From Carcharhinus amblyrhynchos (Eukaryota): a DNA stretch of 64,000 nt. The notes below the pieces were generated by a model, which ran no database searches, was not told where the DNA came from, and saw only the letters and a program-made list of their open reading frames with translations. The position numbers and the translations under genes are program-made. Numbering within the stretch: position 1 is the first letter of the stretch; the number at the start of each line of letters is the position of its first letter. This document shows, one piece after another, positions 59,508-64,000 of the stretch. The stretch is from positions 127,100,001-127,164,000 of the forward strand of contig OZ336870.1 in assembly GCA_965287045.1 (NCBI GenBank). Direction: 5' to 3'.

Positions 59508-61596
59508 CAGAGACTCTTTTGGGACTGTTTAAGGTCTGCACAATTAAACTTTGGTTAGCTATCAGAGATTCATCAAACAGGCTGTTAATTGTTAATTACT
59601 GCCAATGCATCACCCTGAGATTAAAATTTAACTATTACAAGTGTGGAGACTCATTCCTTCATGTTTTACTTGTTTGATTCATAGAAGCTTGCAGTAGGAG
59701 GCCATTTGGCCTAACTTTGAAATAATTATCCAATTTTGTCCCATATCCCAATTTATTCTCCATAATCCTACAAATTAGTTCTCCTTAAATTCACATCCAA
59801 TTGCATTTTGAAAATTCCCATGAAATCTGTTCCCACGACTATTTCAACTAATGTGTTTGAGATCTGTATGGGAACATTTCTCCTAATTTCCCCTATACTT
59901 CATTTCCTGGTTCTTTTGCATCTATGAGCTCTCATAACAGACAACAGTTCAGCACAGTCCTGGGCCTGTCTTATAAAAGACTCAGGCAATAAGTCTGTTA
60001 CCGGGGGATTTGTACTCGATGAGCCCCACGTGGAGATCAATCAGTGATTCCCCATGGACCTCATGGGGGTTATCACCAGCACCCACAAATCTGGCATGCA
60101 ACTTCAGAACTCAAGGGCTATGTCACATTTTGCTTCAGAATTCACAGGTGTCTAATAGTTTTCAAAATGCGTTGATGGAGCACTGTGAACAGATCAGCTG
60201 AGAATGATTCATGCTTGCAGGAGGAAATCCAAATACTATAAAGGCACAAGACATTCTTAGGGTCCAAATGAACTAGTGTTAGTGCTTTAAAAATTCTGAA
60301 GTGGCAGTTCAGTGGTGTACTAGGACATTGTGTTATTTTGTGATAACATGCAGATAGGCACATAGTATTGCACATGGGCTGAGTTGCCGATCTGAGCTGC
60401 ACTGTTGGACTTAAATGGCAAGTAGAGATGAAGAGCTTCTATACAGGACGCAAGAGAGAAAATGATTGATGTGTCAATCCCCCCTGCCACTGGCTGATGT
60501 CATCTTACTTCATAGCAGTCAGTTCCAGAGCATCATTGGCAGACATGTGGGAAGACAGACAGAAAGAAGATGGGCAAAAAGCAAAAGTAGCAATGTTAAA
60601 TTTGGCCTGCATTATTAAATTAATTGCTTGCAATTACCTACTTTCTCAGCCTCAAAACATTAACCATGCTAGAAAATCATTTCTTTTGAGAGCTCCGTTA
60701 CAGTAAGATTTTTTACTTGTGATTGCTGTACATATGACAGTCTGTCCTGGCTAAGCATGAAGAAATAGCAGCAGTAATGCAGCATACTATTAACACCCCA
60801 GTGCTGGTCAGTCCGTGATGACTTCTGAGATCAATCTGTTTAGTAACCTGCTCCAGCCTGAGATTAAAATCAAGAAGCCACAAGCCAATTTTTAAGAAAA
60901 TCTGTATGCTTCTGTTTTGGTGGGAGCAGGTTGAAGGAGATGCAAGTGCATCTCAAAATAAAACTGAGAATCTGTAGGTTTTGTGAGACTAGATATGTAC
61001 AAGGCTTGCTGTGCCATGGCAACATTGTATCTGCATGCTTGTCATTTTTCACTGCCTTACTAAACTGAGCCATAAGTGTTAATGACCGCTGTTCAGTCTC
61101 TCTCTTAATCTACTTCACTATCTACTCAAATACCTCAAAGCACTGAAATACTCTGGAGATGTGATTGCATTTAGATGGACACTGAAGGGAGTGAAACAGG
61201 AGTATGAGCGCAGCATCAGAGTTGAGGTGCAGGGGTTGATGAAAGTTGGCCCATGCCTTTGGAGGACAAATTCACCTTGGTGCCTTTCCCATAACTCATG
61301 AATGTTGACTTGAAATTATGACAATAGAGCACAAGAAAATACTCCCAAAGTATATCCATGGGCCAAATTTTAAATCTGAGTCACGTTGCAACAGTCTGGC
61401 AGTATTATGGTATTATATGAGGCACTTGATCAATGATTATTGTAGCTATGAGATTGAACCCTGAGACTATTAGATTTTGTCAACCAATGTGTTTGAGGAG
61501 TTTCTGATACTTTCCAGTAGAACATCGTCCCCTGCTTCACTATTGTCCAGTAGCTACCCTTCACTGACTAGTCGCTGACGAACTATAGATGTTAGC

Positions 61597-61733
61597 CAGG
61601 ATGTGGAGATGCTGGAATTGAACTGGGGTGGGCATGGTAAGAGTGACTCACCTGTTGAAGGAGCAGCACTCTGAAAACTCATGATTCCGAATAAACCTGT
61701 TAGACTTTAACCTGGTGCTGTGAGACTTCTTAG
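61597..61733 (+). mobile_element. Penelope-type terminal fragment with decayed hammerhead core
   Basis: cacctgttgaaggagcagcactctgaaaactcatgattccgaataaacctgttagactttaacctggtgctgtgagacttctta. Confidence 0.7.
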
Positions 61734-62179
61734 TGTAACTGTAGATGTGGTTACAATGATATTGTTTCAACCAAATACATTAAATGTTGTAGAAAATGCC
61801 ATACTCACAATATGGGTAATTGTACTTCACGTTTATAATTGTTTAGCGAACAGTTACCACCATTTGCTGCAAAACTTTACAGTCTTCTTAACCAACATTT
61901 AAAGTTCTTGCTTGAGTTTATTGGAGACATCAAGACCAAAGTGAAGATCCACTCAAAAGATGCATGTTCCATTTGATGTAGGCAACACATTGCTATAATT
62001 GCAGCATGTTAACTGCTTTGTTAAGTGGCTGCGTGACTCAGCAAAAATCATGAGAAGCTGGCAAGAATTAAAGCCAATGTGCAGCTCTTTAAGGGGAAGT
62101 GCATTGTAGCTGGAGCAACTGATGGAAATTGTTGCAAAAGTCACAACGGGACTGAGTAGTGGCACAGCATGGTAGGGAA

Positions 62180-63080
62180 TATGCTGTAGATTCTCAGATG
62201 CTGCACTGAAAGTTTTGGTGGAGACAGAAAGGAGCAGAGATGTGCTAAATTCTCAGGAGGCCCTCCAGACAAACTTTATGAAGAGAGTAGAAACAGATAG
62301 CCATGGGTGTCAATACCAGGAGGGAAGCCCTGGTGACCTAGATGCAATTCTACAAAAAGTTCAATGACCTACATGAGCAGTCATGGTGAATTAATTCGTC
62401 ATCAAATGTCATCCCACCGACTCTATCATGAGAGCAGACATTGCTCAATTCACCACACCCCCATCCTTCACCTAACTACTTTTTGTATCAATCAGAACTT
62501 CTATGAACATGTTTATGCTTCACCTCACCCTTGCACACTTAGCATTGCCGGAAGTCTCATACCTTATCTCCCAGTATGCAAGTACTGCTAGTAATTCAAC
62601 CGTGATAGCCAAATTGCCCAAAATATTTGCACAGCAATCGTTGAACCACTTCCCACTCTTACAAGACGAGGTGGCATGTAACTGGAGGCATCAGGTGAGA
62701 AACAGCCACAACTACATATCCTTACGTCCATGCAAGAGATGATGCTCACCATCATTATTGTGCCTAATGCTGAAACCAAGGTCAGTGATGAGATTAAAAT
62801 TATAGAAGGTGACATAATCCTCCTTTTCACGTCCCAGTTCCCCCTCATTCCACAACCTCTTGTTTTGCAAACTGCTGACGTTTTAACCACGTGCCTCTTT
62901 CATTTCCCTTCCACTCCTCACCCAACTCTCCACTGCTGCCTTTCTTCTTTTAGATGCCTGATACTTGACCAGGCAGTGATGGAAGAGCAACAGATGCAAA
63001 AGCAACAAGATGCCAATGATGAAGAAACAGTATTGATTTTACGTTCTCAGCAATTAGCTCAGATACCAGCATTGTATGTA
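62180..63080 (+). pseudogene. Degenerate Harbinger Myb/SANT gene, three exon remnants
   Basis: Exon 1: RFSDAALKVLVETERSRDVL...KQIAMGVNTRREALVT*MQFYKKFNDL. Exon 2: EVACNWRHQ...PQLHILTSMQEMMLTII. Exon 3 is acidic and follows ttcttttag (~62953). Confidence 0.75.
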
Positions 63081-63469
63081 ATTTAGGAGGTAGCATAGAC
63101 ATAAGATCAACAAATGGTGAGGTCCTGGGCACAAGTGGCCTGCAGCTAGAGCAGGAGGCAAGAGTTGCACAGATGCCAGCGCGACAGTGCATGAGGTTGC
63201 ACATGAATTCCACTGCAAAGGATTTCAATAGGGAAGACTACAGAAGACTGTTGAGTATGTTATGGTTAAAACTGACACACTGGTCAATGAAAGAGGGACA
63301 GTCAAAGGCAGGACTGTTGGTGAATGGGAAACTGGGATTCCATTTATGGTAGGATGTGTTTTTTTTACATACACCTAGGTTAGTTGCTCTTTCCCTCTTC
63401 CTCATGCTTCTCTTCCTCTTTATCTACTCTTTGATCCTCAACTGCCCAGCTACTGGTGGCACGAATTGT

Positions 63470-63640
63470 GCCTTCATGATGGTGAGGTTGTACAGCATAC
63501 AGCAGCTCACTTCAAACCTTGAAAGGTGCATTGTTGAGCACCATGGAACTCCTCCAGAGTGGTATACAGAGTTGAAGCTTTGTTTCTATGTGCCAATCAA
63601 TGGTCGGCTCTGTCACATTTCATGTGGCAGCATGACATTT
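63470..63640 (-). pseudogene. Harbinger transposase C-terminal remnant, convergent with the Myb gene
   Basis: Minus strand reads IGT*KQSFNSVYHSGGVPWCSTMHLSRFEVSCCMLYNLTIM, resembling IGxLKQRFRCLDxSGGxLQYS...VCCMLHNLAI. Confidence 0.72.
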
Positions 63641-64000
63641 CATGTATGCATTCTATCTACATGCGCATGGGTTGTACACTAACGACATGAGTCACGCCAT
63701 TAGTGTATTGAGTTTGCCACAGTGGCTCAAATTCAGCTGTCACAGGGGCCTGCTGCGGAATGAAAGCACTGTGATTGTTGCCAGATAACTAAGATTTAAT
63801 CTATAAGTTTTAGTGACTATGGTCACTGGAGTGAAATTCTTTCTGTTGCAGTGTATCTTAGAATTGATATGTGATGCTCAAAAGACGACATGAGTGCAGT
63901 GAATGGCACCATGTGCTATGGGTAAATGCACATTCTGATATCTTTTCTTACATTTGTACCAACAAAGATATTAACGTTCACGTTGAAACCCCATGTCATA

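Noticed and set aside
1-64000. CRISPR array, rRNA or prokaryotic operon
   Set aside because: No regularly spaced repeat-spacer array or rRNA signature was seen; the content is vertebrate repeats.

Overview
Eukaryotic (vertebrate) non-coding genomic DNA, AT-rich and repeat-dense. The repeat inventory points to a cartilaginous fish, probably a shark; this is inferred from repeat families, not from a search. It includes CR1/HER1-type LINEs, HE1-like tRNA SINEs, SacSINE1/DeuSINE-like SINEs, L2, Tx1 and Penelope remnants, Gypsy and solo LTRs, and PIF/Harbinger elements with MITEs. I found no convincing host protein-coding exon, rRNA, intact tRNA or CRISPR array, and the recognisable ORFs are transposon debris, so the window looks like a gene desert or large intron. 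The most notable items are: two fossil two-gene Harbinger transposons (HARBI1-like transposase convergent with an intron-containing Myb/SANT gene) at about 2.97-5.5 kb and 62.2-63.6 kb, plus a third Myb remnant and related MITEs; three short same-orientation duplications 0.85-1.9 kb apart; decayed hammerhead-ribozyme cores in Penelope-type repeats; a solo LTR with a perfect 5-bp target-site duplication (TSD) nested in a CR1; a young CR1 copy; a CR1 tail converted to a near-perfect hairpin; and several TE-poor blocks that may be conserved enhancers. I cannot support a wholly new biological system from sequence alone. Family names rest on manual translation and remembered consensus sequences, and most boundaries are approximate.
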